Positions 37,901-45,186 of a DNA stretch of 64,000 bases are shown piece by piece. The stretch is from a virus, in IMG/VR virus record IMGVR_UViG_3300009155_000040, positions 64,001 through 128,000 of that record, one strand, 5' to 3'. Every line of letters starts with the position of its first letter. Within the stretch, counting starts at the first letter, position 1. The notes under the pieces are model-generated. The model was not told the origin of the DNA, did not search any database, and worked only from the letters and a program-made list of their open reading frames with translations. The position numbers and the translations under genes are program-made.

Positions 37901-39500
37901 ATTTGTTGCACTTGCAACTGGATCAAACGTTACCAGCATCAGCACAGCTGGAACTACTTGGATTTCTGGAGGAACTTTACCTGCAAGCACTACATGGACA
38001 GGAATTGCCTACGGTAAAGGAGTATGGGTAGCAGTTGCATCTGGCGGAACCCAAGGAGCTAGTTCAACAGATGGCGGCTCAACTTGGGCAAGCTCGACAT
38101 TACCAAGCAGCGGAACATGGACAGATGTTGCCTACGGTAACAACATGTTTATTGCTGTTCGTTCTGGCAGTACAGCGTATGCTTATAGCACTAACGGAAC
38201 TACATGGACAGCTGGTACATTACCAGGCTCAGTAACTAATCCGTCTATTATCTACGGACAAGGTGTTTGGTTAGTAACTTCTGATAATGGCGTAACTGCT
38301 TACAGTTCAGATACTGGTTTAATTTGGACCACAAGAACACTAAGCACTGGAGCAAATCCAAAAAATGGTGTGTTTGGAAACCCAGGAAATGTTGGGTCAT
38401 TTGTAACAGTGGCCAGCGGTACAAGTACTGTGGCAGCACAGATCAAAGCAGGTGCTACAACTAGAGCTCGTGCGTATGTTGCAAGTAATCAACTTACAGA
38501 AATTTGGATTCGTGAACCAGGATCTGGATATACTGGCAGCGCACCAACCATGACTATCACTGACCCTAACAACACAGGAGCAGATGCTACTTATACGGCG
38601 AGAGTCGGAAACGGTGCGATTGCGCAGCCGATGTGGACCAACAGAGGTACGGGATACAGCGCAGCTACTGGAACAATCTATGGTGACGGATATGCTGACA
38701 ACTATCAAGTTGGTACTTATGTTGGATTCCAAAACTTAACAGGAATTCCAAAAGCTGGTTCTAACGTACAGATCGCAGGAATTGATGATGTTTGGTATAG
38801 ATTAGTTACAGTTACAGGTTTACTGCCTAATTCAGATGGTACTTACAATGCCACATTACAGGTAAGCCCACCACTTGGTGTAGCTGAAGCACCTGATCAT
38901 AATACTTTCTGTACTATTAGATTACGTTACTCACAGGTTCGATTAACTGGACACGACTTCTTAGATATTGGTACCGGTAATATTTTAAACACCAACTATC
39001 CAGGGTTACCATATTCTGACCCAATCCCAGCTAACGAAACAGTACAAAGTAATGGTGGACGTGTTTTCTACACATCAACTGACCAAGACGGTAACTTCCG
39101 AGTTGGTGGATTGTTCAACGTTGAGCAGGCAACTGGTATTGCTACCCTAAATGCTGACGCATTTAACATCGCAGGTTTGAACGAATTGAGCTTGGGTTCT
39201 GTAGCATTGGGTGGTTCTGGAGCAACAATTTCAGAATTCTCCACAGACCCGTTCTTTACACAGGACAGCGACTCTGTAATACCTACGCAGCGAGCAATTA
39301 AAGCGTATATTACTAGCCAAATTGGTGGTGGACAGTCTAGCTTGAACGTAAACACCCTTACAGCAGGTATAATCTACGTGGCTGGTAACCTTATCACAAC
39401 TACTACGCTCGCGCAGATAAACATAAATACAAAGGTAAATTTCAAAGGCGGCATCGTGGGCGACGCTCTTGTTTTAAATTACTTTTTACTGAATTCATAA
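31974..39500 (+). CDS. Giant fibre/adhesin, paralog of 25726 (2508 aa)
   Basis: Same MAEFKL start, CBM-like repeats, beta-helix, C.RD.G.IVDA...DL repeats, Asp-box propeller and shared C-terminal SQVRLTGHDFLDIG...GGRVFYTSTDQDGNFRVG; TAAATA at 31940-45. Confidence 0.7.
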   Translation: MAEFKLGRIRFVWKNDWVTGTTYYKDDIVHYGGRTYLCVAGHTAAANFYTDLENIPTKWNQFTDGQVWKGNWTGPGTLYKENDIVKYGGYVYIANNGHTSQTTLELDQGSWDLFAESFDWKSNWVAGTVYKVNDVVKYGGYTYICNAAHTAAATNALGLEANLGSWDIFSKGFDWKGVWLSATRYKIGDVVKYGGTTYVCNLGHTSAATVTLGLENDQGKWDYYNAGFEYKGQWIGPTTVTGSISGTTLTSSGGNPAIGQLLTGGSIAANTYITAGSGTTWTLSVNNGTLTSATYTATIRYKANDLVKQGAGIWICKTSNTSSSSWTTDQTNWAQYVEGIEFENDWTSSGIYQNGDIVRYGGNSYIAKTSHNASALTPPSSNTTDWDLFATGFRLAGDWNSGTLFKVGEIVRNGGFTYVSTLDSTNQQPPNAGYWEKLNEGIKWRNTWLTATAYVKGDTIKYGPITYICILAHTSAYNAGPPVTGNRPDIDVSGTYWNQLTAGNENDVMTTTGDIVYYSGSGVTRLPVGAEGQVLTVASGQPAWDYFGRTKKVFYVAEHGVDSPAPIYGLTVDQPWASVRYATEQILYGTEYPQAGFLLRMNREFIQREAAEWVKYQIANPTGIWISFTNDDTAKCERDMGLIVDAIIYDLTHTGNERTLTAANSYFTALGVLVTGIQDEYLQNAAAIGYLSTLVTSILANTAPASNYQTLNGVSAGNRIKQIINLSYTAESGANTICTTLAGYISTALSSQSKSGLPILDSAGYTINVKTGQFYEVLPIKVPPKTAIVGDELRGSRMSPRGKVIATNDKAKSVAALQRLQAITANIISNTAVTPTTGNSATQYTSLQKAGSVGSSTAVTSVQANVTEMIDIVTNNTPDAYVYPDPTSYGAGYSNARRLTLANKAFIQAEITAYTVFTYGTTISSIDGSGELFNTSGSHGLAAGDKVGFNSTQGGVTRGLTYYVLASGLTTTAFKVAATSTSSTPVDLTTVASPSPAMKVLKYDAAKCLRDVGYEVDALIYDLTYGETSGCNLMTEIIARSYYSQGVFVEPAAEKTYALAAQTRLSAIISSIITKAAVTATAGNTVSQDVSGTAGSAGAATFAQARVQEVYATINTGTSPTTIVPSTAWVASALVTARTTLNAAKASIQADAVQYVKVTYPTLNFDETLCSRDVGYIVDALGYDLMFGSNYLSIFNGLSYRRGLSSTNIVITTQLAAQQAILNFISKEATYYVASGAAVGADNLWTDIINYVNTGTRPIVSGTNTPTIDLDILAGAQNLLSNTAFMQAEATAYINNTYKSTVTASTGGSTDTYTCGSQTWMVAGDAVRFTGTVFGGISTGTTYYILASGLTSTSFKVSLTLGGSAVDLSTATGSMTVTYYYSQSRCQNDVRCYIDAIAYDLKYTGNYRSVMAARYYRNALTGSKLEDFFYVSDGCGVRNCTLTGLDGSSDGNTAGAGTYPSGMIPANAFGTQRPAAGAYVSLDPGWGPNDSTAWVTTRSTYIQNVTTFGTGATGQKIDGSIHAGGNDSIVSNDFTQVISAGIGAWVTNLGRAELVSVFSYYSHIGYLAENGGKIRATNGNNSYGDFGSVAEGVDIKETPVYGYINNRNTEADVRNTLTDGVNNILVYEYGNAGTAYTSATLSIAGAGVSAAAVLSEFRDAAVYQVRLTDPGDSTGKGGAGYITQTNLAQTGNTTSITLAVADTASSTAYVGMLLTVISGTGAGQYGYIQAYNSANKVATIYKDTDGTAGWEHVTPGVAIVSALDTTSQYQITPRLVISAPPYSATARTLPSSVAWRDVGYGNGVGTYTNLNATGSVGGSLASFDVTRVQGVYTVAINIPGILYAVGETLTIAGTALGGTSPANDLSITILGVNTGSSGINRISTSGTAVTAKFVAIADGSASAATSTDGTTWSTLTMPSSLSYRSIAYGTFSGIGRYMAIASGTATSYYSTDGLNWTSASMSANTTWQALAYGNSRFVALATGSNVTSISTAGTTWISGGTLPASTTWTGIAYGKGVWVAVASGGTQGASSTDGGSTWASSTLPSSGTWTDVAYGNNMFIAVRSGSTAYAYSTNGTTWTAGTLPGSVTNPSIIYGQGVWLVTSDNGVTAYSSDTGLIWTTRTLSTGANPKNGVFGNPGNVGSFVTVASGTSTVAAQIKAGATTRARAYVASNQLTEIWIREPGSGYTGSAPTMTITDPNNTGADATYTARVGNGAIAQPMWTNRGTGYSAATGTIYGDGYADNYQVGTYVGFQNLTGIPKAGSNVQIAGIDDVWYRLVTVTGLLPNSDGTYNATLQVSPPLGVAEAPDHNTFCTIRLRYSQVRLTGHDFLDIGTGNILNTNYPGLPYSDPIPANETVQSNGGRVFYTSTDQDGNFRVGGLFNVEQATGIATLNADAFNIAGLNELSLGSVALGGSGATISEFSTDPFFTQDSDSVIPTQRAIKAYITSQIGGGQSSLNVNTLTAGIIYVAGNLITTTTLAQININTKVNFKGGIVGDALVLNYFLLNS

Positions 39501-39515
39501 TGGAGAAATTATAAC

Positions 39516-39845
39516 ATGGCAACAGGTTTATTAGGCCAAGCAGCATTGGCAGCAATTACAAATACTTCGGTATACACGGTGCCGTCAAACACGTTCACAG
39601 TATTTTCTGTAAGTGTTTTAAACAGAAGTAGCTCAGCAGCGTCTACTATTAGAATAGGACTCTGCGCATCGGCAACGCCGGCAGCAAACGGATCTGAATG
39701 GATTGAATACGATGTATCATTAGATCCGGGCGGTGTATTAGAAAGAACCGGACTTATGATGAACGCAGGAAAAATTCTTGTTGTTTACGCTTCCGGAGCA
39801 CAAGTTTCTGTAAGTGCCTTTGGCATCGAAACATCTACAGTATAA
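39516..39845 (+). CDS. Small structural protein (family with 21784 and 25001)
   Basis: T.VYTVP...SVLNR...EYDV.L...GVLERTG pattern. Confidence 0.6.
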   Translation: MATGLLGQAALAAITNTSVYTVPSNTFTVFSVSVLNRSSSAASTIRIGLCASATPAANGSEWIEYDVSLDPGGVLERTGLMMNAGKILVVYASGAQVSVSAFGIETSTV

Positions 39846-39864
39846 ATATTAGGAGAAATATAAA

Positions 39865-40191
39865 ATGGGACGTCAAGTATCATCGTTTGGAGCAGGAAGT
39901 GTTACTAGTTTAACGCTGACATCCAACACTACAATTGCATCAGGTGTGAGTGTATTTGCCAACGCAACTTCAGGGGCATTCACAATCACATTACCAGCAT
40001 CACCGGCAGACGGCGACACAGTTCAAATTATTGACGTCGCAGGTATTTGCCAAACAAACAACATCACGATCGCAAGAAACGGTTCAAAAATTCAAAACTT
40101 ATCAGAAGATTTAGTCATGAATCTCAACAACGCAGCCATTACAATGATCTATTCAGGTGTAACATTTGGCTGGGTATTCATTGGACCATAA
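39865..40191 (+). CDS. Small fibre-associated domain protein
   Basis: TITLPASP.DGD.V.IID......NNITI.RNG..I motif common in T4-like fibre N-termini; TATAAATA at 39841-48. Confidence 0.6.
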   Translation: MGRQVSSFGAGSVTSLTLTSNTTIASGVSVFANATSGAFTITLPASPADGDTVQIIDVAGICQTNNITIARNGSKIQNLSEDLVMNLNNAAITMIYSGVTFGWVFIGP

Positions 40192-40204
40192 TTAGGAAAA
40201 TATA

Positions 40205-41230
40205 ATGCCAAAATTATCAGACCTATTATCTACAAGAGAAATTACTTCTAACGCCACTAATCTGGAAAAAGGTAAAGTCTGGGTCGTCACTGTAGGTAGT
40301 ATGTATGCTTGTACTAGAAGTGAAAGCGCATACTGCTGGAAATCTCCTGGTTGCGGAACATTAACTATTGAAATGTGGGGAGCCTCGGGCGGCGGCTCTC
40401 GTATGTGCTGTTGCGGATTTGGATTACCAGGAAACCCCGCAGCATATGCAAGAAAACAGATAGCAGTTTACCCAGACTCACACATTTGCGGATGTCCAGG
40501 AATGGCCTGTAACTCGCACAGCCTGTGTTTCGACGGTTGCGGATTGCCAACATACTTGTGTTATTCTAATGCTAGAGACTTATGTGGGTTCTCAGCAGGA
40601 TGCATGTGCGCACAAGGCGGACGTGGCGGAGTAGCAATCTGTTCAACAGGTACAGGCGGATATTGTTGCTATGTGGCCAACGGCTTCTGCAATACCTTAA
40701 TCGGTTCAAGTTGCGGCATTATTTGTAATCACTGCCCGGGAGCTTGGTTAGGTTGCGGGTACGGCGGAGACATTGGCTGCTGTGGTTGTATTTCTTGTGT
40801 GATATTTAAAGGTACAGGTAATGCACTTTGCCCATGCCAAACAGATACAATTCTTGCTACATCGGCAATGGTGTTTGGTGAATGCGGTGCTAACATCATT
40901 TATACACACGACGACGATAACGAACATACACAATGGAGTGGTAACGGTTATCACTCAGCGGCTCATACATTAAATTTTGCATCAAAATCACCAACAGGCG
41001 GTATTCCATTTACAATTTGTTATAACGGTAACCAACAATGCGGATGTTATGAAGCATCCGGATGTAACCCGTTATTCCCATATGGTGTTCCTGGAGGTCA
41101 ACCATTCCCATGTCCAGACGTTCGTGACCATGGACGTAGAGGCGGCCACGGTGCTATTAGATTAACATATCGTGGATCAGGAATCATGGCAAACCAAAAC
41201 GCTAGTGGAAAACTTGGAGGCGCATACTAA
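40205..41230 (+). CDS. Cys/Gly-rich protein 1 of a tandem triplet
   Basis: 35 Cys in 341 aa by hand count; IEMWGASG...MCCCG...PGNP; C-terminal DVRDH..RGG.G.IR. Confidence 0.75.
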   Translation: MPKLSDLLSTREITSNATNLEKGKVWVVTVGSMYACTRSESAYCWKSPGCGTLTIEMWGASGGGSRMCCCGFGLPGNPAAYARKQIAVYPDSHICGCPGMACNSHSLCFDGCGLPTYLCYSNARDLCGFSAGCMCAQGGRGGVAICSTGTGGYCCYVANGFCNTLIGSSCGIICNHCPGAWLGCGYGGDIGCCGCISCVIFKGTGNALCPCQTDTILATSAMVFGECGANIIYTHDDDNEHTQWSGNGYHSAAHTLNFASKSPTGGIPFTICYNGNQQCGCYEASGCNPLFPYGVPGGQPFPCPDVRDHGRRGGHGAIRLTYRGSGIMANQNASGKLGGAY

Positions 41231-41231
41231 C

Positions 41232-42434
41232 ATGGCATTATTAACTCAATTATTAGGGAATAGAGAACAAGCCCAAAAAGACATGTTAGAAAAAGGCCGC
41301 ATTTGGGTCTACTCCGACGGTAATATGTATTCTGGTTTCTGTAACGGCTTCTGTTGGAAGCCACCAGGATGCGGCAAAGCGATTATTGAAATTTGGGGTG
41401 CTGCAGGATCAACAGCAGAAATGTGTTGCTGTGGTCACGGTCTTCCGGGCAATCCTCCTGCTTACGTAAAAAAATGTATCTGCGTATGTCCGACAAACTA
41501 TGTTTGTGGATACGTAGGACGTTCTTGCAACAACGCTGACGATTTGTGTTTCCGTGGTTGCTCAGAATCATCTTGTGTATGTTGGTTTGGATGCTCACCG
41601 TGCGGATTATCCAGCGACGGTATTGACTGTAACGCACAAGCGTCGTGGAGAGGTAATAATCCATGGGGTTGGGGTAACGAAACTAACGTACTATCACAAA
41701 ACTTTAATCTTAACAATAAGAAAATCAAAGACGAAGGCTACGGATTCAAATTTGGTAACACCTGTACCGGCGGTGGCATGTGCTATAACGCAGGCCAAAC
41801 CAACGGTTGCTTGTGTGCTCAAGGTGGTCACGGCGGTATAAGCTATTGCATGGATACAAAATCTCCATTCTCTTGCTACATGACAGGCTATTTCTGTGGA
41901 CAGCGTGTAGGTCCTGGACACAATATGTGTGATACAGGTAACTCAGCTTGCGGGCGTGTATGTCAATGGTGTCAAAACGGTAACAACAATGCTTGTGCGT
42001 GGGGCGGAGATGTTAACTGCTGCGGCTCATATTCATGCGTTGACTTCTTAGGCTGTATTCAAACTTGTCCATGTATGACATTACATCACATTACCACTGC
42101 TGCTGGAGTTTATGCAGAAGACGGTGCAGTTATTTCATTCTACACAGACGGTGATACACCTGGTCAACGTTGGTCAGGTACAGGTACAGGTAGTTTGTTA
42201 AATTCATTACCAATGTTATCAAGAAGCCCATCACATACCATGTATTCTACATGTTGGAGTGGTGGTAACCCTTGCGGTTGTTACAACATGCAGGGATGTC
42301 ATCACTTTGTTCCTTACGGTGTACCTGGTGTTGGTCCTAACCCTTGCGGTGACGTTCGAGATCACGGCATGAGAGGCGGTATGGGAATGATAAGAATTAA
42401 ATATGTTCCAACTGACGGAGGCAATACGTACTAA
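41232..42434 (+). CDS. Cys/Gly-rich protein 2 of the triplet
   Basis: Start refined to ATG 41232 (MALLTQLLG; GGAGG SD); 41 Cys in 400 aa; carries a ~55-aa insertion relative to its paralogs. Confidence 0.75.
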   Translation: MALLTQLLGNREQAQKDMLEKGRIWVYSDGNMYSGFCNGFCWKPPGCGKAIIEIWGAAGSTAEMCCCGHGLPGNPPAYVKKCICVCPTNYVCGYVGRSCNNADDLCFRGCSESSCVCWFGCSPCGLSSDGIDCNAQASWRGNNPWGWGNETNVLSQNFNLNNKKIKDEGYGFKFGNTCTGGGMCYNAGQTNGCLCAQGGHGGISYCMDTKSPFSCYMTGYFCGQRVGPGHNMCDTGNSACGRVCQWCQNGNNNACAWGGDVNCCGSYSCVDFLGCIQTCPCMTLHHITTAAGVYAEDGAVISFYTDGDTPGQRWSGTGTGSLLNSLPMLSRSPSHTMYSTCWSGGNPCGCYNMQGCHHFVPYGVPGVGPNPCGDVRDHGMRGGMGMIRIKYVPTDGGNTY

Positions 42435-42435
42435 C

Positions 42436-43425
42436 ATGGCAACTTTAAAAGCATTAGTAGAAGCTAAACTAGACCAAATTGATTGGGACGAAGTTCAACT
42501 TGAAAAAGGTAAAGTATTTGCCTACAGTTCTGGAACTGAATACAACAACTTCTTAGGTGGGGTTTGTTGGGTAGCACCAGGAACTGGTAGAGCAATTATT
42601 GATATTTGGGGGGCAGGCGGTAGTGGTGCAAAAATGTGCTGCTGCGGTGGAGGCGTTCCAGGAAACCCAGGAGCATGGGCACGTAAGTGTATCTGTGTAG
42701 TAGCAGGATGTATTGTCTGCGGATACGTTGGCCGTTCTTGCAACAACTCAAACGATTTGTGTTTCAGGGGTTGTTCAGAAGCCACTTGCTTGTGCTGGAA
42801 CGGAAAGAATCAATATACCGGTGCAACAACCAGCGGCTGCATGTGCGCACAAGGCGGACGCGGTGGACTAACATTCTGTAATCCATCGGGTACACTGTTC
42901 TGCTGTTTCGTTGGCGCAAACTACTGTAACACTAACTATTCAAACGGAACTTGCGGTATTATCTGTAACTATGGTTCAGGTACAGCCAGCTGCTGTGCAG
43001 AATCATACGGCGGTGATATCAATAAGAAAGGCGGATTTAGCTGCGTTACATTCTGGACATGTTATAGTAACTGCCCATGTTCAACACAATTACACGTGGC
43101 AATTCCTCCAGGACTATTTGCCTGTGATGGCGGTGTTGTTACACACGGTGCAGAAAGTGATAACGGATTTGCCAACTGGTCAGGAATGGGATATCACCAA
43201 TTTATCAACGGATTAAATGGAATGAATCGCAGCCCTGCACGTGGCGTACCGTTTAACACCTGCTGGATGTCTTCAAGAGCCTGCGGATGTTATGATGTTC
43301 AAGGATGCCAACCATTTTTCCCAACAGGCACAGGTGGCACCCCAGCTTTCCCATGCGGCGACGTTCGCGATCACGCTTGGAGAGGTGGACACGGACTAAT
43401 TAGAATTACATATCAAGAAAGATAA
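42436..43425 (+). CDS. Cys/Gly-rich protein 3 of the triplet
   Basis: Start refined to ATG 42436 (MATLKALVE; GGAGG SD); 33 Cys in 329 aa. Confidence 0.75.
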   Translation: MATLKALVEAKLDQIDWDEVQLEKGKVFAYSSGTEYNNFLGGVCWVAPGTGRAIIDIWGAGGSGAKMCCCGGGVPGNPGAWARKCICVVAGCIVCGYVGRSCNNSNDLCFRGCSEATCLCWNGKNQYTGATTSGCMCAQGGRGGLTFCNPSGTLFCCFVGANYCNTNYSNGTCGIICNYGSGTASCCAESYGGDINKKGGFSCVTFWTCYSNCPCSTQLHVAIPPGLFACDGGVVTHGAESDNGFANWSGMGYHQFINGLNGMNRSPARGVPFNTCWMSSRACGCYDVQGCQPFFPTGTGGTPAFPCGDVRDHAWRGGHGLIRITYQER

Positions 43426-43437
43426 CGGAGTTATTAA

Positions 43438-44157
43438 ATGAAAAAAGTATTCACATCAGTATTGCCAGACGAGCCATACAAAACAACAACACATTTAAAC
43501 AATACAGTTGAATGTACCTATGACGGTCCAAGATATCTATTGTTAAGAATTGTTGCTGAAACCGGTGCAATATTCTGCATTGACGAAGAAGAAGAAACAA
43601 TTGAAAGAATTGAAGCTTGGAAAATCGAGCCTCATAAGCTAGAAGACGAAGGGCACTATCAAGTGGTTTTAGACGCTATGGAGCACACTTGGGAAGCTGC
43701 ATACGTTACTGGTTATTATACTCACGAACCATTTGACAATCCTGTCTTTACAAACCCAGATGGCACAACATGGACTTACCACTACGATGATACCAGCTGT
43801 GCAGTAGAGCAACCATTTTATGTTAACGACATGTTCCACGATAAAGCAACTGGCACTTGGAAACGTCCACGCTATCGCACACACGCTGTTGCAAAAAGAG
43901 ATTTTTGGAACGGTGTAAAAGTTCAAATTGAAACGTATACTGCGGTATGTGAAGGTAGTTACCTTGAAAAAGGTTATACAGCAGAACAAGTCGCTGCATG
44001 CCAAGAACACTTAAATTGGTTATTAACTTGTGAAGAAAAATATAAAGATGTTGATCACTGGAAAATTCCATTCCCAGCACTTAAAATTACAATGACAACA
44101 CAAGAAAATCATGTACCAGGGGCAAATCCAGGGGCAAATACGATTCCTCAAAATTAA
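43438..44157 (+). CDS. Hypothetical protein, possible fibre assembly chaperone
   Basis: Acidic 239 aa directly after the triplet; C-terminal helix plus W.IPFP loosely resembles tail-fibre assembly chaperones. Confidence 0.5.
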   Translation: MKKVFTSVLPDEPYKTTTHLNNTVECTYDGPRYLLLRIVAETGAIFCIDEEEETIERIEAWKIEPHKLEDEGHYQVVLDAMEHTWEAAYVTGYYTHEPFDNPVFTNPDGTTWTYHYDDTSCAVEQPFYVNDMFHDKATGTWKRPRYRTHAVAKRDFWNGVKVQIETYTAVCEGSYLEKGYTAEQVAACQEHLNWLLTCEEKYKDVDHWKIPFPALKITMTTQENHVPGANPGANTIPQN

Positions 44158-44177
44158 TTTTACCGTAAACCAAGATT

Positions 44178-44231
44178 AGCCTTGTGCTTTTCGTTATATG
44201 ACTATATAATGAAGTACAAGGCTATTTTTTT
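44178..44231 (+). terminator. Long terminator hairpin with an embedded sigma70 promoter
   Basis: 12-bp plus 8-bp stem (GACT loop) followed by A and 7 T; contains TTGTGC (44182-87), 17 bp spacer, TATAAT (44205-10). Confidence 0.65.
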
Positions 44232-44241
44232 GGAGTAAAAA

Positions 44242-45186
44242 TTGACTAATAGATCCAAAGCATTTTTTATCAACGGCGGCGCTGGCCGCATGATTAGTGC
44301 AGTTCCAGCACTGGAAAAATATCAGGAAGAATCAGGCGACAAAGACTTTATCATAGTCTGTGAAGGCGGCACTGATGTATTCAAAGGACACCCAACACTT
44401 GACGATCATACCTATGATGTATGGCACAAAAATCTTTTTAAAGATTCACTGAGACAAAGAGAAATCGTAACAACAGAACCGTATCGTGTCTGGGAATACT
44501 ATAATCAAAAATGCTCAATAGCACAGGCATTTGACATTCAGATCAATAATAAAGGCATTCGAGACCTTCCTCGCCCAACGCTAAAACTAAGCAAAGACGA
44601 ATTGCTTACAGGAAGACAGCTAGTTAGTGAAGTTAAAAAGAAATTAAAAAAAGAAAAAATTGTAGTATTTCAACCATTTGGTCGCGGTATTGAATACATT
44701 GATGAAACACTTATTGATAAAACTGCACGTAGTTTTGAATTAAAAGATGTTAAATCTATTGTTAAGAAATTACAAAAAGAAGATGTTGGCATTATCATGA
44801 TGAGCGAGTTTAAAGTTGATTTTTCAGACTCTAAACTCAAAGACGAAGTAGCCATGCCAGAAAGTGCAAACTTCCGCATGTGGGCAGCTATTATCAAATA
44901 TGCAGACTATTTTTTAGGGTGCGACAGTTTAGGACAGCATTTGGCATACGCTATGGATCGATCAGCAGTGGTAGTTACTGGTTCAACATTTCCTATTAAC
45001 GTTTCGTATCCAGATGAACCAAGTATTGAAATACTTGATATGGGTGAAATACATAGAGAGTATGATCCAATACGTATTTTCCCAGATGAAAGAGTTTCAA
45101 GATTAAACGAAAATATCATGGCTATGACCGATGATATCACAACACTAGTAGTAAATCACGTTTTAGGAAAAAAAGATGACAGTTAA
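44242..45186 (+). CDS. GT-B fold glycosyltransferase, GT9 (heptosyltransferase)-like
   Basis: GGAGRMISAVPAL, VFQPFG, AAIIKYADYFLGCDS..QHLAYA; TTG start with GGAG SD. Confidence 0.65.
   Translation: MTNRSKAFFINGGAGRMISAVPALEKYQEESGDKDFIIVCEGGTDVFKGHPTLDDHTYDVWHKNLFKDSLRQREIVTTEPYRVWEYYNQKCSIAQAFDIQINNKGIRDLPRPTLKLSKDELLTGRQLVSEVKKKLKKEKIVVFQPFGRGIEYIDETLIDKTARSFELKDVKSIVKKLQKEDVGIIMMSEFKVDFSDSKLKDEVAMPESANFRMWAAIIKYADYFLGCDSLGQHLAYAMDRSAVVVTGSTFPINVSYPDEPSIEILDMGEIHREYDPIRIFPDERVSRLNENIMAMTDDITTLVVNHVLGKKDDS

Noticed and set aside
41224-42438. TACTAAC at both Cys-rich gene junctions (yeast branch-point sequence)
   Set aside because: It is explained by Tyr-stop-C-ATG coupling inherited through duplication; spliceosomal signals are irrelevant in a phage.
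31474-43425. Diversity-generating retroelement (TR/VR pair) in fibre or Cys-rich genes
   Set aside because: There is no reverse transcriptase in the window, both repeat copies are coding, and the single mismatch is C/T rather than adenine-specific.
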